In this document: piece by piece, positions 47,020 through 56,112 of the stretch
Position numbering within the stretch: position 1 is the first letter of the stretch
Layout: the number at the start of each line of letters is the position of its first letter
Made by a program: the position numbers and the translations under genes
Assembly (NCBI GenBank): GCA_035544015.1
Contig: DATKIP010000076.1
Coordinates: forward strand, 256,299 to 320,298
Source of the DNA: Candidatus Saccharimonadia bacterium
Lineage (GTDB): Bacteria; Patescibacteriota; Saccharimonadia; UBA4664
Reading direction: 5' to 3'
Length of the DNA: 64,000 nt
The notes under the pieces: generated by a model
Databases searched by the model: none
What the model was told of the DNA's origin: nothing
Seen by the model: only the letters and a program-made list of their open reading frames with translations

Positions 47020-48624
47020 TTGAAATCACGCACCGCCCTCATCTCCGTCTACGACAAAACAGGCATTGCCGACTTTGCCAAGACCCTTACCGAACTCGGG
47101 TGGCAAATTTACTCATCGGGCGGCACCGCCAAGGCGCTCACTGCCGCCGGCGTGCCCGTCACTGACGTAGCCGAGCTCGTAGGCGGAGAGGCGATTCTCG
47201 GCCACCGGGTGGTCACGCTCTCGCGCGAAATCCACGCCGGCCTACTCGCCCGCGACACGCCCGAAGACCGCGCCGAGCTCGAACGCCTCAGGGTGCCGTA
47301 CATCGACCTCGTATGTGTCGATCTCTACCCGCTCTCGGGCGAAATCGCCAAACCCGGCTCCACGCCCGAATCCGTCATCGAGCAAACCGACATCGGCGGC
47401 CCCACCATGCTGCGCTCCGCCGCCAAGGGCCGCCGCATCGTCATCGCCCGACCCCAGCAGCGCACCGAAGTACTCAAATGGCTCCAGGCCGGCGAACCCG
47501 ACGCCGCCACCTTCCGCACCCGCCTCGCCGCCGCGGCCGAAGCCGTAGTCGCCGACTATGCGCTCACTTCGGCCCGCTACACCTCCCGTGGCCTCCACGA
47601 CGGCCTCGTGGGCACCCAAGTCCTAGCCGCCAAATACGGCGAAAACGCCTGGCAAACCCCGGCCGGCCTCCATACCACGGATTCAAACGATCCGCTCGCC
47701 CTCGACCGCTTCGAGCTCGTCGCCGGCGCCGCCCCCAGCTACAACAACCTGGCCGAGCTCGACCGTCATCTCCAAACCATCACCCACATCGCCGCCGGTT
47801 TCGAGCAAAACTTCGGCCGCGTCCCGGCTATCGCCCTCGGCACCAAGCACGGCAACCCCTGCGGCGCCGCCGCGGCCGAAACGCCCGCCGACGCCATCAA
47901 AGCCATGGTCACCGGCGACACCCGCGCCATCTTCGGCGGGCTCGTCAGCACCAACTTCGAAATCGACGAAGCCCTCGCCGAGCTCCTCCTCACTCACTGC
48001 CAACCTGCCGGCCGCCGCCTCCTCGACGCCGTCATCGCGCCATCATTCACGCCCGAAGCCATCGCGCACCTCAGTCGCAAAGGCGACAAATGCCGCTTCC
48101 TCGCCAACCCCGAGCTCGCCAAAATCGGCAAAAATTCCCTCAACTCAGCCCCGCACCTCCGCCCCGTCCGCGGCGGCTTCCTGCGCCAACCCGGTTACAC
48201 ATTCATCCTCGACCTCAAGGATCCCAACCTCACCACCACCGGCACCCTCTCAGGCGACCAAGCCAAAGACCTCATCCTGGCTTGGGCCGTCGGCAGCACC
48301 TCCAACTCCAACACCATCACCCTGGTCAAATCCGGCCAACTCATTGGCAACGGCGTCGGCCAGCAAGACCGTGTGAGCTGCTGCGAGCTCGCGGTCAAAC
48401 GCGCCACCGACGGCCAGCACGACATCACCGGCGCCGTCGCTTACTCCGACAGCTTCTTCCCGTTCCCCGACGGCCCCCAGGTGCTCATCGACGCGGGCAT
48501 CTCAGCTATCTGGTCCACCACCGGCTCCGTCCGCGACCACGAAACCACCGAACTCTGCGCGAAGCACCACGTTGCCCTCTACCAACTCCCCGACACCCAG
48601 GCCCGCGGCTTCTTCGGACACTAA
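47020..48624 (+). CDS. purH: Bifunctional AICAR transformylase/IMP cyclohydrolase
   Basis: ALISVYDKTG, SGGT, DIGGPTMLRSAAK, KYGEN, SYNN, KHGNPCG, SDSFFPFPDG. Confidence 0.93.
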   Translation: MKSRTALISVYDKTGIADFAKTLTELGWQIYSSGGTAKALTAAGVPVTDVAELVGGEAILGHRVVTLSREIHAGLLARDTPEDRAELERLRVPYIDLVCVDLYPLSGEIAKPGSTPESVIEQTDIGGPTMLRSAAKGRRIVIARPQQRTEVLKWLQAGEPDAATFRTRLAAAAEAVVADYALTSARYTSRGLHDGLVGTQVLAAKYGENAWQTPAGLHTTDSNDPLALDRFELVAGAAPSYNNLAELDRHLQTITHIAAGFEQNFGRVPAIALGTKHGNPCGAAAAETPADAIKAMVTGDTRAIFGGLVSTNFEIDEALAELLLTHCQPAGRRLLDAVIAPSFTPEAIAHLSRKGDKCRFLANPELAKIGKNSLNSAPHLRPVRGGFLRQPGYTFILDLKDPNLTTTGTLSGDQAKDLILAWAVGSTSNSNTITLVKSGQLIGNGVGQQDRVSCCELAVKRATDGQHDITGAVAYSDSFFPFPDGPQVLIDAGISAIWSTTGSVRDHETTELCAKHHVALYQLPDTQARGFFGH

Positions 48625-48660
48625 CATTACCAAAAATAAAAACCCCCTAAAGGGGCTCCC

Positions 48661-48696
48661 GGCGCCCGCCTCCGCTCGTGGCGGAAGGCGGGCGCC
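48661..48696. terminator. GC-rich hairpin between convergent purH and orphan gene
   Basis: GGCGCCCGCCT...AGGCGGGCGCC. Confidence 0.6.
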
Positions 48697-48707
48697 GCAG
48701 GGTGCGT

Positions 48708-49418
48708 TCAGAACGCGATGTACAGGAACGTCACAAACAGCGTGAGCCCGAGGATGACGAGCATCCCCGTCAGCACCAGCGCGCGCTTGAGAAACTGCGC
48801 GATGGCGCTGCGGTCGTGCACGAGCTTGTAGAGCACGAGAAGCCGGTCTTTCGGATCGACCTTCTTGCCGATCCACTCGGTAGGTTCGTCGTAGTTGGTC
48901 CACAGGGCCTTGGGCGGCGGCATCGCGCATCGGGTGAGGATCGCCACTGCCAGGGTTACCCCCGTGATCGCCGTGAGCGCCAGGTGCACCGCGAGCCTTG
49001 GCGGGTGCGGGGTGAAGACGAACATGATGCCGATCAGAGCATCCAGCCCCGACACGGCGGCGAAGCCCATCTTCGCAAAGTCCCGCATCTCATCGAGCGT
49101 CTTACTGCGATCCTTGATGAGCTCGGTGAACTCATTGGCGAGCTCTGCCTCGACGCGCGCTCGGCTGCGAGCCGGCGAAACGCGGCCGCGCCGAATCCTC
49201 TGCAGTAGGTTCCAGCGTCCTTGCGGAGCCGACTCCTTCTGCCGCTTCGCGATGAGTTTGTCGAGCCGCCGCTTGATCTCCGTGTCGCTGATGATCGGGC
49301 TTTTGCCCAGCAGGACCATGCGGAAAATCTGCGGCCATCGGTTTTGGTGCCACCATGGCTTGCGCTTCTTCTGCTGGACTGGCTGCACCGGCGTCGTTGC
49401 CACGAGCGTCTTTGCCAT
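48708..49418 (-). CDS. Orphan membrane protein (about three TM segments)
   Basis: SD-like GGAG, AT-rich upstream with TTGCCA-16-TATAGT, G/C-ending codons. Confidence 0.7.
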   Translation of the reverse strand: MAKTLVATTPVQPVQQKKRKPWWHQNRWPQIFRMVLLGKSPIISDTEIKRRLDKLIAKRQKESAPQGRWNLLQRIRRGRVSPARSRARVEAELANEFTELIKDRSKTLDEMRDFAKMGFAAVSGLDALIGIMFVFTPHPPRLAVHLALTAITGVTLAVAILTRCAMPPPKALWTNYDEPTEWIGKKVDPKDRLLVLYKLVHDRSAIAQFLKRALVLTGMLVILGLTLFVTFLYIAF

Positions 49419-49590
49419 GCTCCGACCTCTATTCGTGTATGATGAACGTCCCTCGAGGCAATACTATAAACTAATTTTATAATTTGGCAATAGCCATGTC
49501 TGCTGAGAATTTATTTGCGCCCTCCTAAGCGATTTATCAGCTACCCGTGACATGCTAGGGTCGTTCAACGATTGAACAGAAGGGGAGTAT

Positions 49591-50121
49591 ATGAACATTC
49601 CATCCAAGAAAATCATCATTCCAATGGCTGCGGTCGCTATCTTTAGCGCCGGAGCTTACGGAGTAACCCAAGTCTCGGCCGCCAGCGACTCAGCCAATCC
49701 GCAGACCTCGCTCGTCCAGAAAATCGCCGACACGTTCCATCTCGATAAAACCAAAGTCCAGGCCGTGTTTGATCAAAACCGCCAGGACAACCAGGCCAAT
49801 CACGAAACCAATTACGAGGCGCGCCTCACGCAGGCCGTCACCGACGGTAAGCTCACGAGTGCTCAAAAAGACCTCGTGCTGGCCGAGCACAAAAAGCTTC
49901 AGGGCGAAATGGACGCCGCTATGAGCGACGACACTTCAACCTCCAAGACTGACCGCCGCACCGCCATGCAAAAAATCCGCAGCGAAACCCGAGACTGGGC
50001 CAAAGCCAACCACATTGACGCCAAATGGCTCATCGGCCCTGGCCGTATACGCGGTGGTCACAGGGGTCCCGGCGGCGGCATGCCCGGCGGCGCCGACAGC
50101 CCTGCCGACACCCAAAGCTAG
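49591..50121 (+). CDS. Exported helical hypothetical protein
   Basis: Signal peptide, SLVQKIA..F.LD..KVQAVFD, L.QAV.DGKLT..Q, Gly-rich tail, SD GGGGAG. Confidence 0.8.
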   Translation: MNIPSKKIIIPMAAVAIFSAGAYGVTQVSAASDSANPQTSLVQKIADTFHLDKTKVQAVFDQNRQDNQANHETNYEARLTQAVTDGKLTSAQKDLVLAEHKKLQGEMDAAMSDDTSTSKTDRRTAMQKIRSETRDWAKANHIDAKWLIGPGRIRGGHRGPGGGMPGGADSPADTQS

Positions 50122-50972
50122 CGCTCCAGGCTCCGCCAGGCCTCCGGCAGATACGCGATCACATCCGAGGCCACCATTCCGGCCTCGGTTTTCGCTGTTC
50201 GCGCGCTGTCGCCGGCTAGCCCGTGCAGGTACACGCCGGCCTCGGCAGCCTGCGCCGCGTCCACGCCCTGCGCCAGCAACCCGGCAATGATGCCGGTCAA
50301 TACGTCGCCCGTGCCCGCCGTCGCTAGCCCCGGGTTGCCCGTGGTATTTTCGCGCACCGTACCATCGGGCCGGGCGATGAGGCTATGGTGGCCTTTGAGC
50401 ACCACGATGAGTCCGGAGCGCTGCGCAAAGTCCGCCACCGCTCGCTTAATTTCATTCCGAGCAGCGGGCAATGTGCTGTCGGTCAACTTTTCGTACTCAC
50501 CCGTGTGCGGTGTCGCGATGATGCCGGGGCTCGCTCGCGCTAGTTCACCCAGCGCCGAAATATGGCCTCGGTAGGCCAAAAGGCCGCCGGCATCGAGCAC
50601 CACCGGCACGCGCACCACCGGCACCAGCGCGCGGCACAGCGGCGCCGCCTCAGCGCGCAGGCCTGGGCCCACCACCACGGCCGTCACGCGCCGCGCGGCC
50701 GCAAACTCGGCCGCCGTCCGCGCCGTCTCAGCCGGGTCCGCCGGCAGCGTCAGCGTCATGATCTCGCGCACCCGGCGCTCCAGCCTGTCGGTTACATGAG
50801 CCGCCGCCGCAATCGTCACCAGCCCCGCGCCCGCCCGCAGCGCGGCCTCGCCGGCGAGCAGCGGCGCACCCACCATCCCCGGGGACCCGCCTACCACCAG
50901 TACATGGCCAAAATCGTATTTGTTGACCCCGGTGGGCCGGTGTAGGAGCCGTCGCACAAGTTCATCATTCAT
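50118..50972 (-). CDS. nnrD: ADP-dependent NAD(P)H-hydrate dehydratase
   Basis: K..FGHVLVVGGS..M.GA, GPGL, VLDAG, TPH.GE, LATAGTGDVLTG, HG.AGD. Confidence 0.92.
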   Translation of the reverse strand: MNDELVRRLLHRPTGVNKYDFGHVLVVGGSPGMVGAPLLAGEAALRAGAGLVTIAAAAHVTDRLERRVREIMTLTLPADPAETARTAAEFAAARRVTAVVVGPGLRAEAAPLCRALVPVVRVPVVLDAGGLLAYRGHISALGELARASPGIIATPHTGEYEKLTDSTLPAARNEIKRAVADFAQRSGLIVVLKGHHSLIARPDGTVRENTTGNPGLATAGTGDVLTGIIAGLLAQGVDAAQAAEAGVYLHGLAGDSARTAKTEAGMVASDVIAYLPEAWRSLER

Positions 50973-51020
50973 ACTTCCATCATAAACCCATACCCAGCAC
51001 GACCCCCAAAAAAAAGCAGC

Positions 51021-51058
51021 GGTGGCCCTCCCGGCGACATAGCACGGGGAGGGCCACC
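51021..51058 (-). terminator. Intrinsic terminator of orphan 51076-51681
   Basis: GGTGGCCCTCCC/GGGAGGGCCACC stem with a T8 tract just downstream on the minus strand. Confidence 0.7.
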
Positions 51059-51075
51059 ACATCGGTGACCAGGAC

Positions 51076-51681
51076 TCAGGTATCGAGAAAAGCGTCGAAC
51101 GCCTCCCGCCTGACGGACAGATCCGGAACCTGTGGATCCGGCTCCGTTTTCCAGGTAGTGCCCGACCAACTCCAGGCTAAGAGATTACCCGGTAAGGTGA
51201 GCTTCACCGCGCCACTTGGCATCTTCAGCAGAAGCCGCCGGTTGCCGGAGAAGACGACCATCCAGTCGTTGCCGGGACCATCCCGCTGGGCGAAGGAACT
51301 TGGCACGTCCGCCGGATTTGCCTTGCCGGAATGCACCGGCACTACCGCGTACACGCCTTTCTGGCCCTTCAGGCTGGCGAAGCAGTAGTCGGTCTGACCG
51401 CGGCAGCTCTGCGGCAGGTTGGTCGGCTTCAGCGCCTTCAGCTGCTGTCCGCAGACTTTGGCGGCGAAATTCGCCACCGTCTCCCCGCGTGGGGCGGTGG
51501 TGGTGGGTTGGCCACACTCGACGGGCGCACTGGACCCCTTGCCGCTACCGATCTGGGGAAGGTTCTGGAAAAGCAGCCACGCGACCAAGGCCACAACTGC
51601 TGCCGGCGCCCCCAACCCCACTATGAGGCCCCTGAGCGAGCTGCCGAGCCCGTTACCGATAGAGCCATCTGGATTGGTCAT
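51076..51681 (-). CDS. Orphan single-TM, Cys-containing extracellular protein (paralogue A)
   Basis: True start MTNPDG. Aligns motif by motif with 53602-54270. The ORF-track extension is antisense to purA. Confidence 0.8.
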   Translation of the reverse strand: MTNPDGSIGNGLGSSLRGLIVGLGAPAAVVALVAWLLFQNLPQIGSGKGSSAPVECGQPTTTAPRGETVANFAAKVCGQQLKALKPTNLPQSCRGQTDYCFASLKGQKGVYAVVPVHSGKANPADVPSSFAQRDGPGNDWMVVFSGNRRLLLKMPSGAVKLTLPGNLLAWSWSGTTWKTEPDPQVPDLSVRREAFDAFLDT

Positions 51682-51723
51682 AGTTCTTCCAGCCTCTCTG
51701 GATAGACGCATAGGACAAAGCTT

Positions 51724-51752
51724 ATTATCCAAATATATAAACCATTTGTCAA
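51724..51752 (-). promoter_or_regulatory. Sigma70 promoter TTGACA-17-GATAAT
   Basis: Near-consensus, about 40 bp upstream of 51681. Confidence 0.65.
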
Positions 51753-51816
51753 TCATCGCCCGCCCGCCGGCCCGGCGCAGTCGCCATATCTGGCCCGCCC
51801 CTGTACAATGAAAATA

Positions 51817-53097
51817 ATGAAACATTCCGAAGTCATAGCGGTTATCGGTGGTCAGTGGGGTGATGAGGGCAAGGGCAAGATCGTCGATTATCTTGCCACT
51901 ACCGCCGACGTCGTCATTCGCTCTCAAGGCGGCGATAATGCCGGCCACACCGTTATCAACGACCATGGCAAATTTGGTCTCCACCTCGTACCGGCCGGCA
52001 TTTTTAACCCCCGCACCCTCAACATCATCGGCGCCGGCGTAGCGCTCAATCCCAAAACGCTCATGAAAGAAATTGCCGAGCTCACGCAGCGCGGCGTGTC
52101 GTTCGACAATCTCGTCATTAGTCCCAAATCCCACTTGGCCTTCGAGTACCACCGGTTCATCGACTCGCACCAAGAAGCCGCCCGCGGCGCCAAGCGCATC
52201 GACACCACCAAGCGCGGCATCGGCCCCACCTACATGGACAAGGCCGAACGCATCGGCTTGCACGCTCGCATGCTGCTCTACCCCGACCGCCTGCTGGCCG
52301 AACTCGACGATATTTTGGCTTCCAAAAGGGCCAAACTCGGCGTCGACAACGAGGTGCTCCACGCCGACTACTACGCCGAATTTGTACACGAGGCCGCGGC
52401 CACGCTCAGGCCGTTTATTCGCGACACCGAGGTCCTCGTAGAGGAGCACCTGCACAAGGGCAGCCGTTTTGTGCTCGAAGGCGCCCATGGCACACTGCTC
52501 GACCTCGACCACGGCACCTACCCGATGGTCACCGCTTCCAACTCCACCGCCGGCGGGTTGCTCGTGGGCGCCGGCATGCCACCGCTCGCACTCACCAAGG
52601 TTATTGGCATCTTCAAGGCCTACCAAACCCGCGTGGGCGCCGGCGGCATGCCCACCGAGCTGCACGACGACCTCGCCACCACCATTCGCGAGCGCGGCCA
52701 AGAATTCGGCACCACCACCGGCCGCCCCCGCCGCATCGGCTACTTCGACGGCGTAGCCGCCCGCTACGCCCACCGCCTCAACGGCTTCACCGACATCGCG
52801 CTCACCAAAGTCGATACGTTGGCGGATCTCGGCGAGCTCAAAATCGCCACCGGCTACGAAGATGCCGCCGGCGCTGCCAGCCAGTTCCAGACCGAGGCCG
52901 ATCTATTGGCCAATTGCCATGCCCGCTACCAAACCTTTCCCGGCTGGACCACCGCCGATCTCGCAGGGGTCACTTCCTATGATGCCCTCCCCGAAAGCCT
53001 CAAAGCCTACTGCGCGGCCATCACCGCCACAATGCCCGGTGCCCGGTTGAGCTTTGTGGGGGTTGGCCGGTCTCGCGAACAGCTCATTCGGCTCTAA
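51817..53097 (+). CDS. purA: Adenylosuccinate synthetase
   Basis: QWGDEGKGKIVD, GGDNAGHT, GIGPTY.DK, EGAHG.LLDLDHGTYP.VT, GTTTGRPRR. Confidence 0.97.
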   Translation: MKHSEVIAVIGGQWGDEGKGKIVDYLATTADVVIRSQGGDNAGHTVINDHGKFGLHLVPAGIFNPRTLNIIGAGVALNPKTLMKEIAELTQRGVSFDNLVISPKSHLAFEYHRFIDSHQEAARGAKRIDTTKRGIGPTYMDKAERIGLHARMLLYPDRLLAELDDILASKRAKLGVDNEVLHADYYAEFVHEAAATLRPFIRDTEVLVEEHLHKGSRFVLEGAHGTLLDLDHGTYPMVTASNSTAGGLLVGAGMPPLALTKVIGIFKAYQTRVGAGGMPTELHDDLATTIRERGQEFGTTTGRPRRIGYFDGVAARYAHRLNGFTDIALTKVDTLADLGELKIATGYEDAAGAASQFQTEADLLANCHARYQTFPGWTTADLAGVTSYDALPESLKAYCAAITATMPGARLSFVGVGRSREQLIRL

Positions 53098-53117
53098 AAT
53101 ATGTCATAATACCGGTT

Positions 53118-53540
53118 ATGAAATCTACCTTCCAACATTGGTTCAGACGCAATCGGCTGTCGGTCATTCTACCCGCGGTCGGGCTCGTAATAGCTGCTGT
53201 GTTGATCGCCGTCACGTACCGTCCCCCCGAACCCCGGGTAATCACCGGCCGTCCGCCGGCTTCAACCCCCGCCGGCCAGCAGACCATAACCGTGGTCGGC
53301 CAGTCGCTCTGCCTGCCGCACACCAACACCACCGGTCCCCAGACCGACGAATGCGCCTACGGGCTCAAAGACGACACGGGCGTATACTACGCGCTGCACG
53401 ACACCACTACTGGCAGTTCGCTCATCAGCAAAGCCGGTTTTGGCAAGCGCGTCCGCGTCACCGGCACCTACAAAGCTCAGACCAGCGCCACCTATCCCAT
53501 TATCGGTATCATCACCCTGACCGCCGTCGAACCCGAGTGA
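53118..53540 (+). CDS. Single-TM hypothetical protein (OB-like domain with CLPH...EC motif)
   Basis: TM segment, then CLPH...T.ECAYGL...G.YY.L. Confidence 0.75.
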   Translation: MKSTFQHWFRRNRLSVILPAVGLVIAAVLIAVTYRPPEPRVITGRPPASTPAGQQTITVVGQSLCLPHTNTTGPQTDECAYGLKDDTGVYYALHDTTTGSSLISKAGFGKRVRVTGTYKAQTSATYPIIGIITLTAVEPE

Positions 53541-53560
53541 CTTACTCAGCGCAAGGTCCT

Positions 53561-53589
53561 GGCGGCCCTCCCGTGACAGGAGGGCCGCC
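53561..53589. terminator. Hairpin between convergent genes
   Basis: GGCGGCCCTCC/GGAGGGCCGCC, related to the 51021 hairpin. Confidence 0.65.
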
Positions 53590-53601
53590 CCACAAGCAGC
53601 C

Positions 53602-54270
53602 TCAGGTGATCTGGCGGAAGAACACGTCGAAGTCATTCCGCACAGTAGTGACCCCCTGAAGCTTCGGGGGTGAGCTCGGGACCCACGCCGTGCCGCTCCA
53701 TCGCCAGACCCGGATCGTTCCCGGGGTAAGTGGCGCCCTTCCGGATGGTGCCCTCACGAGGTAACTTGTCGTCCCGAGGGCTACGATCCAGTCGACGGTA
53801 CCGATGCGTTGCACAAAATACTGCGGCACGACCGTCAGATCGACTCTCGTAGCGTTCGCTGGTACTACCGCGAAGACCGCCTTGAATCCCGTCATGTCCG
53901 GGAAGCAGTAGGTCGTCGCGGGGGCAAGCGTGCCGTCCCCCAGGGTCACGCAGCTGTTTCGCAGCTTGCGCCCCGGATTCGTCCGCGGCGTTACCGCTAG
54001 CTTCGCCCGGGGCGTGCCGCAGTAGCGCGTAGCCACATCACCCACGAGAGCTGGTGCATGCACCGTGGCCTTGCCACAGGTGATAGCCGAGTTTTGGTCG
54101 CTGCCTCCTCGGTTCAGTGCCGCGTAAGTGCTGGCGAGCAGTAGCACAACGACCAGTACGACTCTGGAGCGCCTTCCACGGCTGGCCCTCCTTGCAGCCC
54201 TTGGCCGGGTCCAGTCGAAATCTGGGTCGTCTCCAAAGTGGAAGCGAACGCGACCACCATCGTCACCCAT
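53602..54270 (-). CDS. Orphan single-TM, Cys-containing extracellular protein (paralogue B)
   Basis: SD AAGGAG before MGDDGG. Shares CG, YCF, AVVP, F.QR.G, DW.V, W.WSGT.W, R..FD.F with paralogue A. Confidence 0.8.
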   Translation of the reverse strand: MGDDGGRVRFHFGDDPDFDWTRPRAARRASRGRRSRVVLVVVLLLASTYAALNRGGSDQNSAITCGKATVHAPALVGDVATRYCGTPRAKLAVTPRTNPGRKLRNSCVTLGDGTLAPATTYCFPDMTGFKAVFAVVPANATRVDLTVVPQYFVQRIGTVDWIVALGTTSYLVRAPSGRAPLTPGTIRVWRWSGTAWVPSSPPKLQGVTTVRNDFDVFFRQIT

Positions 54271-54369
54271 GCCATCTCCTTGCGCGTGCGCGGATTGGAC
54301 ATCCAACATCGTACTACAGCCATCCGCCTGCCTCTAGCCAGACAGTTCGCCACGGATTATGCTTATGGT

Positions 54370-56028
54370 ATGAATATCAAAGACGACCTTTCGCGTCTCA
54401 TCAGCGGCGAACTCGAAGACGCGCCCGCCACGCTCGAAACCTATTCCCACGACGCCAGCCTCTTTGAGGTCAAGCCGCAGCTCGTGGTCTACCCCAAAGA
54501 CTCAGCCGACGTCAGAGCCCTCGTTAAATACGCCAAAGAGCACAAAACTAAACTCGCCAACCTCTCGCTCACCGCCCGCAGCGCCGGCACCGACATGTCC
54601 GGCGGCGCGGTCAACGACTCCATCATCGCCGACTTCAACCGCCACTTTACGGCTATCACCGAAATTACGCCCACCGAAGGCCACGCCCAGCCCGGCGTGT
54701 TTTACCGCGACTTCGAAAAAGCCACCTTCGAGCACGGCGCGCTCATGCCCAGCTATCCGGCCAGCCGCGATCTCTGCACCATCGGCGGCATGGTCAACAA
54801 CAACTCCGGCGGCGAAAAATCCCTCGAATTCGGCAAAACCGAGAATTTCGTCAAGCAGCTCAAGGTCGTGCTGGCCGACGGCAACGAATACACCATCGGC
54901 CCGCTCACTCGGGCCCAGCTCGACGTCAAAATGCAGCTAAGCACCTTCGAAGGCGAGATCTATCGCAAAACCTTCGCGCTGGTCGACAAGCATTACGACG
55001 CCATCAAAGCCGCCAAGCCGCACGTCACCAAGAACTCCACCGGCTACAATCTCTGGGACGTCTGGGACCGCGACACCGGCATCTTCGACCTCACCAAACT
55101 CATCGTCGGCGCTCAGGGCACGCTCGGTTTCACCACCGATATCAAATTCCGGCTCGTGCCGCACCGCCCCCACTCCGGGGTGCTCGTGGTCTTCTTGCGT
55201 GACATCGACCGCCTCGGCGAGCTCATCAATGTGGTAATGAAACACCACCCCGCCACCTTCGAATCGTTCGACGACGTCACGCTCATGCTCTCGATCAAAT
55301 TCATGCCGTATTTTCTCCAAATGCTCGGTCTAAAAAAGTTTATTCATCTCATTATTGGCCTCATTCCCGAGGGCTTTTTGCTGCTGCGCGGCATTCCCAA
55401 GCTCATCTTAATGATCGAATTCAACGGCGAAACGGCCGATGAGGTACGCGAAAAAGTGAAGGCCCTCGACAAAGAGCTCTTTACCAAGCGTGCCGTGTAC
55501 GAAATCGAAGGAACCGAAGAAGACCCTACCGAGTCCCAAGCCGAAAAATTCTGGGTAATGCGCCGCCAAAGCTTCCAGATCTTGCGCAAAAAAGTCAAAG
55601 ACAAGCACACAGCGCCGTTCATCGATGACCTTGTGGTAAACCCCGAATACCTACCGGAATTTCTGCCCCAAATGCGCAAAATCATCAAAAAATACCATCT
55701 CTTTGCCACCATCGCCGGCCACATGGGCGACGGCAACTTCCACATCATCCCCCTCATGAAAATCGAAGACCCCAAGGAGCTCGCCAAACTCCGCCCCGCC
55801 ATGACCGAAACCAACGAACTCGTTCTCAAATACCACGGCGTGCTCTCGGGCGAACACAACGACGGCATGATCCGCGGCCCCTGGCTCCAGCGCAGCTACG
55901 GCGATGAAGTGTATGGCTACTTCAAAGAGGTCAAGAATATTTTCGACCCTCAAGGCATCTTCAACCCGCACAAAAAAGCCGACGCCGATTGGGAGTGGAC
56001 CATGAGCCACATTCGACAGAGCTTTTAA
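54370..56028 (+). CDS. FAD-linked oxidase (GlcD/D-lactate dehydrogenase-like)
   Basis: DASLFE..P..VV.P, RSAGT..SG, CTIGGMV.NNSGG, GAQGTLG, GH.GDGN.H, GEHNDG, FDP.GIFNP.K. Confidence 0.9.
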   Translation: MNIKDDLSRLISGELEDAPATLETYSHDASLFEVKPQLVVYPKDSADVRALVKYAKEHKTKLANLSLTARSAGTDMSGGAVNDSIIADFNRHFTAITEITPTEGHAQPGVFYRDFEKATFEHGALMPSYPASRDLCTIGGMVNNNSGGEKSLEFGKTENFVKQLKVVLADGNEYTIGPLTRAQLDVKMQLSTFEGEIYRKTFALVDKHYDAIKAAKPHVTKNSTGYNLWDVWDRDTGIFDLTKLIVGAQGTLGFTTDIKFRLVPHRPHSGVLVVFLRDIDRLGELINVVMKHHPATFESFDDVTLMLSIKFMPYFLQMLGLKKFIHLIIGLIPEGFLLLRGIPKLILMIEFNGETADEVREKVKALDKELFTKRAVYEIEGTEEDPTESQAEKFWVMRRQSFQILRKKVKDKHTAPFIDDLVVNPEYLPEFLPQMRKIIKKYHLFATIAGHMGDGNFHIIPLMKIEDPKELAKLRPAMTETNELVLKYHGVLSGEHNDGMIRGPWLQRSYGDEVYGYFKEVKNIFDPQGIFNPHKKADADWEWTMSHIRQSF

Positions 56029-56052
56029 CTATCCGGCCCCACTACTTCCTCC

Positions 56053-56095
56053 AAATTACCTCCCAAAAAGGTACTACCCAAAAGGGAGGTAATTT
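56053..56095. repeat. Interrupted palindrome between convergent genes
   Basis: AAATTACCTCCC-AAAAA-GGTA-C-TACC-CAAAA-GGGAGGTAATTT. Confidence 0.7.
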
Positions 56096-56112
56096 CGCGA
56101 TAGCTCCATATG

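Noticed and set aside
51682-52773. N-terminal extension of the 565-aa minus-strand ORF
   Set aside because: Antisense to purA. The real gene starts at 51681 with its own promoter.
54238-54369. Upstream extension of the FAD oxidase ORF
   Set aside because: Overlaps the divergent orphan gene start. ATG 54370 follows a -10 box and fits the family N-terminus.
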